A stretch of 64,000 nucleotides of DNA from positions 24,495,538 to 24,559,537 of the forward strand of contig OZ316895.1 of NCBI GenBank assembly GCA_973895155.1, in the 5' to 3' direction. Every line of letters begins with the position of its first letter. Position 1 is the stretch's first letter. Below are positions 28,348-41,654 of the stretch, one piece after another. Source of the stretch: Marsupella aquatica (taxonomy: Eukaryota > Plantae > Marchantiophyta). The position numbers were made by a program, and so were the translations under genes. Below the pieces are notes generated by a model that was not told the DNA's origin, searched no databases, and saw nothing but the letters and a program-made list of their open reading frames with translations.

Positions 28348-31300
28348 AATTTTTAGATAGACACTAGATGAAATTTCACTGATCGGGCTTAGCTCAACTA
28401 AACCGATTTCAAAATGTCGGTACAGTAGCTAAATTCTATTGATCCGGTTTGTAAGTTATACACATTTGAGCATCGCAAAGTGCGCAGAGGTAAATTGCAC
28501 TCAGAAATGATTTCTTCAGCTCGACTGCAAGAAATATTGTATATTGATAAAATCCAATGAAAGATTTGCATACTTCGGTATATTTTGTGGTCAGCCACTT
28601 TGACCTCAAGTGATTTCCTTCGCGATCGTTCTGTGTGGGTTACTTCAACCATTGGGAAAAGTTGAGAGATTCGACGCCCATTCATGGCGTGAGTGGCTTG
28701 AAGCATCACTCCAGAGCTTTGTCGATGCACATGTATGTCTTCGGGTTTGGAGAGAGTCCCTTTCATTCTAAACAACCCGATGGGATGATGACCTCCCAGC
28801 TGGACGACTGACGCAGGTGATAAGGGGACTGGCTTTCTTCCCAGAAGTTTACAGTGAGGTGCAATAATTAACTAGAAAATCAATCATAATATTAACGCTA
28901 AATTGAATGCCACGGCTCTTATTAGACTTCAGCGGAGAGTCGAAGACCAAGGATATCACAACAATTTGAAGGCTGCGTCACAACTGGTACCATGATGTCA
29001 TCCGTCACGAGCAAGTAACTATCTGAATCAAATAAGTTCGTAGAGGTATCCCAAATGAGCTGGATGCCACTCAAAAAGCAACCAAAAAGTAGAACCATTC
29101 CCACCTGAAGCTTACTTTGGATGTTGTGAGAATCAAGGCTCTGAATGCGTCTGGTCTACTGTACATGGAATCGAAAGAAAGGTTTGTAGAGTCTAGCACA
29201 TGAAGAATTTTGGAATGAAGACAATCGGTAGTCAGTACTTCATGTACTCATAGGAAATGTATGTGCTAAGTTTTGAAGAGGGAGGTGGAAGCTTAGGAGG
29301 AGAGTGGACCTCTTCGCAGATTCACATATATATTGGAAATTGGCTACAAAGACTATGACCTAGTCGTCTTAGAACTTGGTCTAGAAGTTGTAAGTATTAA
29401 CTTCTGCGCCCGTCATACCATTTAATCCTCCTTAGTAGGACAAAGTCTTGTCACAGTACCGTCTGCGTTTGAATGTCATGTTGGATGGATACGGTCTCCC
29501 ACGGATTCCTCTCGGTTGCTGCATGAAAGGCACAATGGACCCCATCATGGATTATCTATTCGCTCTTTCGATCCCCTTCCAGAAAGCAACTTCCCTTTTC
29601 CGAAACCCATCACCTTCCCACTGGCATGGGTGTGTGGCGTGCCTAGGCGGTCCTAAACTTGAAAGTTCTAACTACTAAAAGTTGCTGACAAGGAGTGTCA
29701 TCATGCTTTGATATTCGCACTCCTTTTCATTGTTCCCTGTAGGTACTTATCTAAATCTATGGTGAATAAGAGGGGACATCGGATCCCAAGAACAGAGCTC
29801 AAGTCGTAAAGCCACGAGAAGAATTCACTTCCCAGATGCTCAACATGGAAGCATAGGATTATAATCTAACACAAACAATCGAAGCTAGATTTAGACGATC
29901 GAGGTGTAGTCCTCGGACCACGTACTAATTGCAAAAACCTGATCCTGGTCGTCTCTACTTTATTCAGCTTTGCTAACAACAAGGATGAAGAAACTTTGCA
30001 ACCCTCCAGGCTGGAGAAAACCGTGGGCGCATGCCTTCATTTGTTTTAGTGAACCAGGATGCTAACTCCCAGACTCTGCCGCAAAACGTACGAGACCATT
30101 CAACATAGTGCTGATTCACACCACCACATCATTCTTTGTCGGTGCGACTTGTTTTGAAAAGCCAAGGCTACAGCCCCGCCGCCGCTCCCTCCCCCTTGTA
30201 CAGTACATTCATTCCTGCTGTTGCTGACTTGATGTCGCCCACCATGCATCCTTGCTCATCATGCACAGGCTTAAGCTCCGTTAATACGAAACAGTCACGT
30301 GCATGGGGAGGCATTCTCCGATCGATCGCATCGAATTGATGCCAGAGGGACGAGTCAAGGGAGAGTGTCGGTGGCAAGATGCTCGGAGATATGTCGCTAG
30401 GGGACTTCCCACTCCCATGCCCTGCATCTGCATACTCACTTGACAAATCCCAGTACTCTTCTCAATTTCTTTCTGGCTTCTGAGTAGAAAGACCCTGCTT
30501 TCTCGTGCAATCTTTACTCAGTGACAGAAGGAATTCGTCGCGCACCGTAGTTAGATAGTGCAAGAATACACAACAGTGACTCTCCTGGTTGATTTTGCAA
30601 CAATTGTGGTCCTTTTCCAGGGAGTGTCAAAGTCGATGGTGGCTCTGTTTTGGCTTTGTTGATGGCATCCAATGTGGACTCGAGGGCTCTTAGTTGGTTT
30701 AATTACATTGCACAAAAGTGAAATGTAAGTAACCTTCTGAACTCCGTACTGCCAAAACCAGTATTTGTGCTGACATTCATTTAACGATGAAGATTAATTT
30801 ATGAGCATTAGAACAAACTGAAACAGATTTATCATTGGAAAATTTTAGCACTTGGCCGCTATAATGAAAATAAATATGGGGCTGTCTTTTCTTTTTGTGT
30901 TCTGTTTATTTGAAAAAGAAGACTGAGACTCCACCACTTATTCCGCACTGACAGGGATGAAAATCTAACACGTCAACCAAATTACAACTAGATTGCAAAG
31001 AGTACTTGAGTCAAGCGAATCCAGTTCCCAAACCAGATTTGAAAGCCTGAGTTAACGATAAACACTAGCTTTTCGGCCAATGCGAACTAGGAACAGGCGC
31101 AGACGACCAAGTGAGTGTAAAACAGAGTGCCATAAGACTCTTCAGTATCATGTATGGACTGGAACCTATAGACCGTTTGCGTTCCGTCACAGTTCATTTT
31201 ATTTGTGGGATGCTGATAGAAATAGTGCTGTGGTTCAGGACAGACAATGCTATCGAAAGTTGGTGTCCCTACTGTAGTGGATTGTCCACCGTAGCAATAG

Positions 31301-31372
31301 CAAGAGCAAAGAGCTCTTGTGATCAGAAGCAAAATTCGGTAGCGAGTGCAAAGAGCTCTTGTGATCAAGAAG

Positions 31373-31403
31373 CACTGTACTGTACTGTACTGTACTGTAC
31401 TGT
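31373..31403. repeat. (ACTGT)n microsatellite
   Basis: ACTGT x6 in tandem. Confidence 0.85.
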
Positions 31404-32929
31404 GCTTTTATGATTTGAATATTGAAACTAGTGTCATGGTTTGTTGTGTCCTATTCACGTCTGAACAATGAATCAAAAATTGAAGCCAAGAGTAAAAATA
31501 TTCAGCCAAAAAGAAAGTTCCATAAATATTCGTTGACTGGGGACTTCTGCCTTTTTTCCTGAAATAACAAATTCTCCCTCTTGTGACAGTAGGGAACCTT
31601 CAGTCCTTGGTGAGGAGGGAGTAAAGTCAAATTTTGAACTTCTAGTCGCAGCAGGATAAAATCTTGTTGAAGCAGGTAGGCACTACTACCAAGAGCATCT
31701 ATGGCCGAAGGTGCATACGAGGTGTGAAAATTAGATTTCTGATGAGTCTACTAAACTCACTCCAGAAACTACTCGTAACGCAATGGATGTTACGTGGCCC
31801 TCGAAAGTTTTGGAAGTATGGACCGCATTAATACGAAATCGTGTGACCCCCCAAAGAGATCTCGAGCAAATATATCCATGACCTTTCAGAGAATGTTCAA
31901 TTCTCTTGCTAACCACAGGGGAGGTGGAAGCTTTTGTAATGGTTCAACTGTCTGATCTCGCTAGAAGAATTGAAGGGACAGTTCTCATTTAAGCATGTGC
32001 GCAATCCACGTTCGGGGGCACTCACGAACATGGAAGGCCACCCCCAGTCTCTTGTTGGCAGAAAAAACACCCAATACATCCCGAAAGGTTAAAGGCGCGC
32101 CACAAAAGTGCAAATGGTATTTGAAGCTGTGTTTTGTTCTCAATATCCCCGTCAATATCGCGACAGGTTCTGCTACCTGGGCCTGTAAATAGTTTTTAAG
32201 CTAATTCGTGCCAAACTGAAGTGCGCCAAACCCACCTTCGTGCCTCCAACGGGGGTCAAGGACATCAGATTATCAAGGCGAATTTTGACTCATTTTGTGC
32301 CGAGACAAGTTCAATTCACGACCAGTTCGCCTTCTTAATTGGAATTGATCGCTGCAGTAGCTCCGAATATGTGAGGCCTTGGTACTTCTTCGTAGAGATG
32401 TGTAGGCCCATTTTTCTCTTCAGAACAAGGTCGACCTCGTGGCAACGTGTTGCTTTCAATCAATATATATTTTTGCGTGTAATTGGAAAAGATCGGGAAG
32501 CACCTTCCCAACCCCCACTTCTTAATCACCCTGACTAACACTGGTTCGAGATTGAAAAACAGAGGCCATAATATTGCAGCCGGTTCAGAGCTTATTAATG
32601 CACACAGCTGCTCGACACAGGAACTTAACATCAAAAAGACATCCCTCCGATACACTTCAGGCGTCATAGACCGCATGCAGCGCCATTTAATTGACGGAAA
32701 CAATCTGTCATTTGGGTTGAACATGCAACCAGCCTTAAGCTTAAACCAACAAAGAAGCCAGGTGAATCAGTGAGCTGGTTTCACTTGTTAGAATCAGTGA
32801 GCTAACAAGTGACGTCGAGCATTGGATTAAACATGCCATTCTAACATAGAATCAAGCTCTAGGGGGGCTTTTAACATAGTACTCGCCGTAATCATGCAAC
32901 GACACAGAATTCTTAGAACCAAAACGCTT

Positions 32930-33180
32930 GGCTGAATGGAATCCCTGGCAGCTTCCATGGCACCCTACTCAACTTCCATCGCTACTCAAGCTGATAATTC
33001 CCCATAAACATCACGCCACAAGGATGCCTGGGTACGGCAATACACATTTGGGTCTCACCAGAAACGGAAATACAAGACTTCAAAGACTCAAATCAATTGA
33101 CGGATATATGGGGCAAGCGAAAGCCTACCTCGTACCTTGACCACCACACAAGAGTGGGCTACAACCTTGTGAGCGTTACC
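32930..33180 (+). mobile_element. Possible LINE endonuclease relic
   Basis: Fragment EIQDFKDSNQLTDIWGKRKP resembles the APE F..F....L.D.W....P segment. Weak match. Confidence 0.25.
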
Positions 33181-33499
33181 CTCCGAATCAATCTTGCATA
33201 GCTGAAAACACATGGTTGAGGATCAGCTCCTCGACAAGGAAGTAGGGGAAAGTGACGGCGGTGGTACACAAAACCGTCCGTCAAAAGGCAGACCAATAAT
33301 AAACGCCTGTACTATGCTACTTAGCAAGTGCCCATTGACCACATTTTCCATACCCTGTAAACTTTATTGTTCTTTTCTTTTCTATCAGGCAGTCTTGTTT
33401 ATTCTATGTGGCTCCTAGTTTATGATGTGTGACTACTGTATAATGTCATACAGCTACCACGATCCCCAATATGGCGTCTTAAATCTCCCAGTTTTGCCT

Positions 33500-35130
33500 C
33501 GGGTAGTGGTCAAGGTCATTTTCCTGAAACTAAAGTGTTGGACACAAAAAAGCTTGGCCTATCACTTGTGACCCTAGACCAAAATTGGTACTTAGGGTAG
33601 TGGTCAAGGTCATTTTCCTGAAATTACAGTGATGGACACAAAAAAGCTTGCCCTTACTCTTGTGACCCTAGACCAAACTTTGGAGCCAGGGGAACTTTTT
33701 GCGAACCTGAATTGTTGAGAATCCCTAGTAAAGAGCGTGGTAAAGAGCGTAGGTATCTGACAGTTGTCCCTAGGTTATTAGCTGTCCTGTTGACGTTGTG
33801 CTCATAAGACAAAACCTAGACCAGCTTCATGTATTTAGGGCCACTCTCATATATACAGCCCTGAAGAATTAGGCCTTAACACTCGCAAACCTTGTGGGAA
33901 TCCCTAGTTAAGAATTTATGGGTCTGGCAGTTGTCCCTCGGTTATCAGCTGTCCCTTTGTCCGGTTGACGCTGTGCTCATAGCACAAAACCTGGACCAGC
34001 TTCATGTATTTTGGGCTTGATTGAGGGGGGCTTTACAAGACCGTGGGGGCCGGTCAGTCCCTCCTCTTCCAAAGCAAAGCCAGGGGCCACTTAATGAACT
34101 AAAATTAGTAAACCGGGGCAAACACACTACCAGGCTGCAGCGAACGGCGCCCAGCCTCATGTAAAGTGAACAACGCCCACTTTGAGAGATGGGACACAGA
34201 AAAGACAGAAACAAGGGCCAGCTGCTGCACTCTGATGTTGCCGAAGAACATATAGATCTTGTTCTGGACATTGGATCGATGTTTTTTGAAATGTTGAATC
34301 AAACATTTGATGAGGGCCGACTCTCATGTATACAGCCCTGAAGAATCATATAATAATAATAATTATTATTATACATGATCACCATCAAGCATTATAAAAC
34401 ATGATCTCACCCGCACATTCTGTGAGATCTGTCTTAGAAAATGAGTTTAGAGGAGGACTCAATCCCGTGTTTTTTCTATATCTATTGGATTTGCCAAAAA
34501 CCCCCTTGCCTCACACTAAACTTACTTACTCATTGTTGACAACACTTTACTTGACAATGATAACATGACCCGGATGATCGCAATAACACATAAAATATCT
34601 TACACCACAACTGCACTTATAAAGGCCTACTGGTTATCTGTAGCTCTCATTATAAAGGGCTTGAGCTCCACAAAAGGTGCTGACTACTCTCCACCTTTCA
34701 GGTGAGACACTATTCTCATTATAAATCGGCTTGAGCTCCACAAAAGGTGCTGACTACTCTCCACCTCTCATGGTGAGACACTATTGACTATTCACCACAG
34801 GACACGAATGACGAGTAATGAGACAAAAACTTCCTTCCCTGCCTCATCTGCATTTGGCTCGCTTTGACATCTTCTATGCCTCCACATTCTTTGGCCCACT
34901 TTGACATCGGCACATCTTCTATGCAAGGCATAGAAAACATAGTTTACTGACATCGTCAATCTATGCCTCTGCATTTATTGGCCCACTTTGACATCGGCAC
35001 ATTTTCTATGCAAGGCATAGAAAACATAGTTTACTGACATCTTCAATCTATGCCTCTGCATTCTTTAGCCGACTTTGACATCTTCTATGCAGGGCACTTC
35101 TTCTGTGCAAGGCATAGAAAACATACAGTA
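33500..35130. repeat. Cluster of local duplications (~95 bp at 33500-33680; ~70 bp at 34640-34790; ~87 bp at 34860-35130)
   Basis: Repeated GGGTAGTGGTCAAGGTCATTTTCCTGAAA, GGCTTGAGCTCCACAAAAGGTGCTGACTACTCTCCACC and CTATGCAAGGCATAGAAAACATAG blocks. Confidence 0.75.
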
Positions 35131-37019
35131 GTTTACTTGTAACTCTGTTGACACAGTGGGTCCACTTGTGCATGGATCGTGCTCTCGCATCGGACTCAAC
35201 AATCATCCCACTATTCTTTACCACCTGGCGAGCTCTCAATTAGGAGATGGGTTTTGTACTCTGTCAAGGACAAACTGAAACTACAGCACCATAGCCATGT
35301 TTTTCGGCTATCCCAGATAAATTGCAGTCCAGCTGGAAAGCACCTTGAACAATTAGCCAAGAAAACGAAAAAGGCCATTCGGCTCTTTGCTGTTCGGGAC
35401 GATGGAAACTGACGTCCGGACTCAGAAAAGAAGTCCCGAACTCCCCCTTCTCCATGACATGGTCACCACCGTTATTTTGGCGCGAGCGTGGACAGAGAAC
35501 CTACCAGAGAATGTGACTAGATTTCGGCTGCTGCCAATTTTCAAGGAACGATGACGCAAATCAGCTCTTAGTTTGATTCAAATGACTAGGAATGCTAATA
35601 GAAGTCGGAGCCTTAAACTGACACTGACCCGACTTGCCACATGCTCGAGAGGTCTAAGGAAGCCAACGCGGGACACATATTACGTGAAGTAGAACCCGGA
35701 TCGGATGCACACTTAACGATCACAGATTTTGGCTGATTAGCAGCACGGCTAGTTTCACTAGGCTTGCACAGAGTAGGGCTAGGAGAAAAATCTCCAATAG
35801 AGAGAATCGTAGTAAGATGAGAGGTGACAATTAAAACTCTAGAAAGAGCAGGACTGTCACTGATACAGCAAGCCACCCCCGTTCTGGTGATGAGAGGATC
35901 TACACTATACAGTGTTTGAATTACAATCTTTAAGATATTGTGAGTGGATCAGGATCCAGGTAGCCGGGGTAGTTCTCCTGATTCAAGGGCGAAGGTGCTG
36001 GGTACCGTCGCCTAAGTCTCCACTCGTTCTACCCTATCGACAAAGAGAACCAAGTGCGCAAGATATCAGTCTAGGCGTTTTGTAATTATGCATTTTGTTA
36101 ATGGCAATCTGAAGTCATGGGTGAGTCAAGCATTTGAGATGGTCGAAATGATGAGAATCGTTGTTCCACAAAATGATCCAAAAGTTGAAATGTAATTACG
36201 CTTAGCAGCTGATGTGTATGCACAGGCCAAAATTTAGGCCAAATTTACACCGGCAACAATATAGTTCAACGAATCCTCTACGTGTCTTGCCACCAACGCC
36301 CATTACAAAAGTACCATTCGTACTGAAACAGCCGTAAAATCGCAATTGCTTCGTGTAGTGTGGGTCGGCTAACGGAGGAATTGAAGCCGACATCATTCTG
36401 GCTGGCCTCCCAAAGGACATCATTCTCTTTAGCGTGCCCACAGGACCTTCTACTCTGTGGATGTCTGAGCTGAACGGAAGTACTTGCTTAGTAAGCACGT
36501 TGATTAGACGTACGCACTCCACATCTATTACTAAGGACGACGAGCTGCATGGAGGCAGCCTGTCGGCTGCGATCCCCTCCCTGAGAAAGTTCGTAATGAT
36601 GAACACCATTTGTGACCTTCACTCCTACGTACGGTGCATGTCGTGAAAGTTGACACATGGCCCTTGGTTGACAGACTTGAGTTCGCCACGCACAAGTTTT
36701 CTGCCTGCCAGGGGCAAAAGCAGGCCGGCCGGGGGTTGGCAAACCGCCCTGTTTCGCCTGTTATTTACTTGTTGCAGTGTCGATTGTCGCAAACATCGGC
36801 TCCAGGTACGGACTGTGTCTGCAAATGGAAATTTGCCACCATACGAAGCGTTGGATTCTGCTCACATTGCCACGTCTATGGGTTGGGGAAGGACAGTAGT
36901 GCTTTCCGAAGTCCGATACCTGACAGGGTCATCACTTCTCTTTTGGCTGTGGATCGAGATGACCAAGAAATGATGGTCATATAAGCGGCAGGGAATCGCA
37001 AACCGCAAATATCGCGCAG

Positions 37020-37027
37020 TTATATAG
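37020..37027 (+). promoter_or_regulatory. Probable TATA box of the HMA gene
   Basis: TTATATAG about 240 nt upstream of the predicted ATG, followed by a pyrimidine-rich leader. Confidence 0.45.
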
Positions 37028-37264
37028 AGAGCACAGAGAGCCTCGATGAACTCATGAGCTTTCCGTCATTCTCCATTGTGAAATACAAGCCGGTCCGTGG
37101 ACCAATTTGATACTGCTATTGATACTCTGGCATCTTCTCTTATAGCGTGGTGAGTCCACTCTTAGTCACCTCCATAACAGCAGGAGCAGACTTTTCAGTC
37201 TTCTTTGTGGCCGGACCAGACTCTTAATCTTCTTTGTCGGACCAATTGCTATTCCTCCGCTACT

Positions 37265-38547
37265 ATGGACAACCTATCAGCAACTGAGGTAAGTTTCGCT
37301 ACAATGCAACATGAGCTGCTCACATTCCTCATGCAATGAATGATTATTCCAGCATTGTTGCTTGTCATCTGTGGATGAATGTTAGTGTGACCTTTAAGTT
37401 GATTGCTGTTGCTCAGATCTTAGATGGGAGAACAGGAATGCCTGTCCCTATCGTGGACTCAACTCCGGCCCCAGTGATGTACACAAGGTATGCTAATCAT
37501 GGTCCAGCGGTTCCCGCGCCTTACGATCCCCCACCACTTTCTGCCTACGATCCCTTCACACCAAGGCATTTTCTTCCTCCTTACGAGTATTTTCCCGAGC
37601 CCGAAGAATATATGGGATTACAGCGTCCCCCACCGAATGCTCCGCACGGGGGTTGGGCTCCAAAACCCGCACCTCGTGAGGTGGGGCCTCCTCATTTTCC
37701 TCCTGCAAACATGGTCATACCAGGGGTACAACATCCTGATGGCCGTTTCGAACCACATCCACACTTCGCCCGAAGATCAGCACCCCTGCCTCCAGCGGAA
37801 CCAGAGGAGCCGCAGGAGCCGGAGGAGCCAAGCAAACAAGTAAGCTCATCTCCTCGGTGTCCGAAAACGCCCAAAGTAATTATTGTGTCCAGTTGCGTCC
37901 AGTTTTTGGATTTGTCTTCAATTCGGAGAAAAATTTCGGCCGACTCTGTTCGACAGGTTACTGGAACTGAATCCGTCTCAATCATTTTTGCAGACCGTGG
38001 AGGTTGCTGTCCCCGTATGCTGTGAGGCATGCAAGGAGCGAGTCACCAACTACGTGGGACAAACTCCGGGTGAGCTGGAGCATTTTTCTTTGAAGCTGGT
38101 CTTCTAATCTGTGACTGGAACTTGACGATTCCACCCTTGCCAGCCCCGTTCAGAGAGCAAGGGTCATTTAATTTGCAACCATCCAACGACCTGATTAGCT
38201 GCTTCGGTTTGCCTGCTCAATGTATATGATTGATTCCGTAGCTCCCAAGGCTACCGTAGCTACTTTGAATGGACCTAGTCTATTTCTTGTCACATGGAGA
38301 CAATTTAGAGTTTAAGCTCCAGAACTGGTTTGCACTTTAGGCCACATCCAAACTGCCTTACTGCGTCAATCTGTTATTCACGTGACATATGGTATTCCTC
38401 ACATTGATAGGAGTTCTGGAATTTGCAGGTGTGGATGCTGTAGAGTGTGACGTTGATGAACAGAAGGTGACAGTGACTGGAGATGTGCCCCCTGAAGATG
38501 TTCTTCAACGCTGTCGAAAGTGTTTTAGGAAAGCCACACTCTTGTAG
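37265..38547 (+). CDS. Heavy-metal-associated (HMA) domain protein with long Pro/Tyr-rich N-terminus; exons 37265-37288, 37417-37839, 37994-38069, 38429-38547; 213 aa
   Basis: Spliced C-terminus TVEVAVPVCCEACKERVTNYVGQTPGVDAVECDVDEQKVTVTGDVPPEDVLQRCRKCFRKATLL* has HMA hallmarks (CCxxC, GVxxV, QKVTVTG). Canonical GT/AG sites (GAG|gtaag, ctcag|ATC, CAA|gtaag, tgcag|ACC, CGG|gtgag, tgcag|GT) keep frame: 24+423+76+119=642 nt. The 24-nt first exon is the least certain part. Confidence 0.88.
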
Positions 38548-39551
38548 CTAGCTATTAGATAAAAGTCTAAAGAGAACTGTGCATCGCCTTCACAATGTTA
38601 ATTAAGTAGCAAGCGTTTGTGGGTGAAGGTTGCATGTAGAATTGCATATCTTGACTACCTGAAATGCTTGTAACTCTCGCTATCAAAACTTTGCAATTCC
38701 TCAGAAATTGTATTTGAATATTACCGACTTGATCACTCAGTCAATTATGATTTAGACAGTATCTTTTACACCAGCTAAAACTGTGAATACGCGCTAATGT
38801 CATCATTTCTTAGTAAAGACAGATCAAGTTATGGATTGTTGGATGTAGCCGCTGTGTGTTTCATCTTTGAGCTAGGGATCGTGCATTGCAGAACCCTTTA
38901 CTTCAGACGACTCATATTTGCTTAACGAGTTGTTGGGTACGTAACTCTGTCCTTCCGCAAATTGAAAACTGTCGTCCAAGGAGCAATTGATGCTGAATGA
39001 AGCTTCACTTCAAGCAATATTGGTTGCTGACAGGTGCTTTGTCCTGATCCAGAGCATTCGTGCCCAAAAGCGTACTGGCCCAAAAACATTACGTACACTC
39101 TAAATTCCAACGAGAACTTTCTGGCACAAAAACACTTTCACTCAAAATTACATTGCAATGTAAGAAGTTAGAGATTGATTAGTCTCAGGGACAAAGCTCA
39201 CATGCAATCTCTGGAACACCCATACTTATAGAAATAATGTGATTCCGTAAATAAGCATAGTTCAAAAGTAACCTCGATTGTTGTTCAGATTCTACTGAAG
39301 GTCTGGGTTTCTGAAGTGGAGAAATTTCTCTCTACTTTTTGTGCTATGTATATGCCCGATCATTTGATTCAGTATATGATGATAATTGTGCAGTATGAGC
39401 AAAGAAAAGTGCAAAGTAGCGTCTGGCATGTTAATTCTTAATGTGAAGCCGAACATAAAATGTAAGACAGTAGGGGTCCCAACTTATCCGATCATTCGTG
39501 ATTGTGCATGACCTTTGTGTTGCCTTGAAACCGAAAGTAGACGGTCATATC

Positions 39552-40175
39552 CAACAGAGGATAGATGATCTACTCCAGAGCATGTGCCTCTGTAGAGTTG
39601 GCAACAGAAGAAAGATGAGGATAGATGATCTACTCCAGAGCATGTGCCTCTGTAGAGTTGGCAACAGATGAACGATGAGGATAGATGATCTACTCCAGAG
39701 CATGTGCCTCTGTAGAGTTGGCAACAGAAGAAAGATGAGGATAGATGATCTATTCCAGAGCATGTGCCTCTGTAGAGTTGGCAACAGAAGAAAGATTAAC
39801 TCGCATACACCCGTGTAGAGTTGGCAACAGAGGAAAGCCAATACTCAGGGAGCATGCACCTCTGTTGGATTGGCAACAAAGGATAGACATCTACACCGGA
39901 GCATGCCCTGCACCTCTGTTGGGTATGGCAACAGAGGATAGATGATCTACTCTGGAGCATGTTTTGCACCTCTGTCGCCGATAATCTAATATATACTCAG
40001 GAGCATGTGCCTCTCTAGGGTTGGCACAAGGGAGTCATACCCAGGGATCTGACAGGTATGGAATGCAGGAAAACAGTGGCCTGGAACACCATGTGCCTCT
40101 GTAGTGTTGGCACAAGGGAGTCATACCCAGGGATCTGACAGGTATGGAATGCAGGAAAACCGTGGCCTGGAACAC
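39552..40175. repeat. 60-bp tandem array (4 near-perfect units, then degenerate units) followed by an 86-bp duplication
   Basis: GAGGATAGATGATCTACTCCAGAGCATGTGCCTCTGTAGAGTTGGCAACAGAAGAAAGAT with period 60. The block at 40004-40175 is duplicated with period 86. Confidence 0.9.
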
Positions 40176-40549
40176 TCGAGTGGTGTGGGTGCAAGTAATG
40201 GGGGGAAATAAACTCGGCCAATATCCGCCATCATGACTTCCAGTAGCTCCACCCTGAGAGAGAAATATGAGTTTCCTTGATCTCTCTGGGCTTAACTTTA
40301 GGACACTTCCATTCGATGTGGCAGCATTCACATATAGTGGGGCAACGGCCAAAAACCTGCTGGTTTGCAGACAACTTAGGGTGACTCTCGTCTGCTTCAG
40401 AGTCTTGCTGGATTCCATTTGATAGCAAGCTAGATACTAAATGTCAGTTAAAGTTAGCTGCAGAAAACCTTATTAAAGCACAAAGCTTGGACATTGCCAG
40501 ATGAAATCATCTTTAGAATTCATCACTTTATCAATGTTTCATGAAAACT

Positions 40550-40720
40550 GGAGAAATTAGACTCGCAACTGTCTAGAGAAATTAGACTGGCTTAAAAATA
40601 TAGCGAGAGAGATTAGACTCGCACCTGTCTAGAGAAATTAGACTGGCTTAAAAATATACCAAGAGAGAATAGACTCAGCAACTGTCTAGAGAAATTAGAC
40701 TGGCTTGAAACTATAGCGAG
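40550..40720. repeat. GAGAAATTAGACT-based tandem repeat (~56-bp period)
   Basis: CTGTCTAGAGAAATTAGACTGGCTT occurs three times. Confidence 0.75.
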
Positions 40721-41383
40721 CCAAAGAAGAGCCGATTCAGTTGGATATCAGGAAAGATATTAGACCTTGCTAGCCCTAAACTTATCAATTTTATGTGTTA
40801 GTTTTGCCAAAAATATCACATTGAGCTGGTTGCCAAAAAGTTCCCTTTCGTATTCTTTTTGTCATGATGTGCTAGTTTTGGTGAAGAAAGAGTCACCAAT
40901 CATGTTTGGTGAAGCAAGTTTTGGAATAGGTTATTGTTTGAAAATCAATATTATAGTTTGCACTATTATAGTCACTTCCTTTGCGCATAGGTCTATTGAA
41001 GTCAAACTTTGCAGGTTCAACAGTTTTTAGAAACCATGAGGGTGTCAATGAGAGAACTTGTAAAACCTGTCATGGTCCATTGGGGTTGCATGGATCGATC
41101 AGGAGCTCAGTCCATGGTCTGAGCATCATGTTTGTCCCCTTGTCAAAAAGATTGTTCAATTCTTGTTTCCTGTTTGTTCTCATCCGCCTTTCTTGATCAC
41201 CGCACACCAAAACAAAACATTCCATGTAAACTTCCATGGTTACACAGTTTTTTTGGCCTTGAAACTTAAGCCAAAAGCAGACCCATCCAACAGAGCACTG
41301 CTTCCAAGCATGCAATTCTGTAGGGTAGCAGACAATAGCCAGGGATGTGTCAGGGACCTAGACCAGAAAAGAGAGAGGGTTCA

Positions 41384-41654
41384 GGTCCATCTTGTATGTG
41401 TGAGGTCCTCAAAAGAAGCCTTTAAGCTAACGGATGGCAATGTATTAATGAATGATTGAGACTTTCATGCCTCAACCCTCTCCTGAGGCTGGGACATCTC
41501 AAGAGATCCAAGGGCAAGGGCAGGAAACTTTCTTGCCCTTCTCATTCCAACCTTTGAATTTCAAATGAAACAAACAAAGAATCTTATTTTTTCCTACAAC
41601 ATAGGAGTGGGTAAGGGCCATAAAAGAGAGGACCCTTCACATGCAAGACAGCCC
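41384..41654. mobile_element. PIF/Harbinger MITE (same family as 11311 and 12916)
   Basis: TIR GGTCCATCTTGTATGTGTGAGGTCC / GGACCCTTCACATGCAAGACAGCCC. Confidence 0.6.

Noticed and set aside
30168-30446. 92-aa minus-strand ORF as a gene remnant
   Set aside because: No recognisable domain or splice support.
39552-40030. CRISPR-like array (palindromic repeats)
   Set aside because: The units are whole tandem copies with no unique spacers, there are no cas genes, and the context is eukaryotic.
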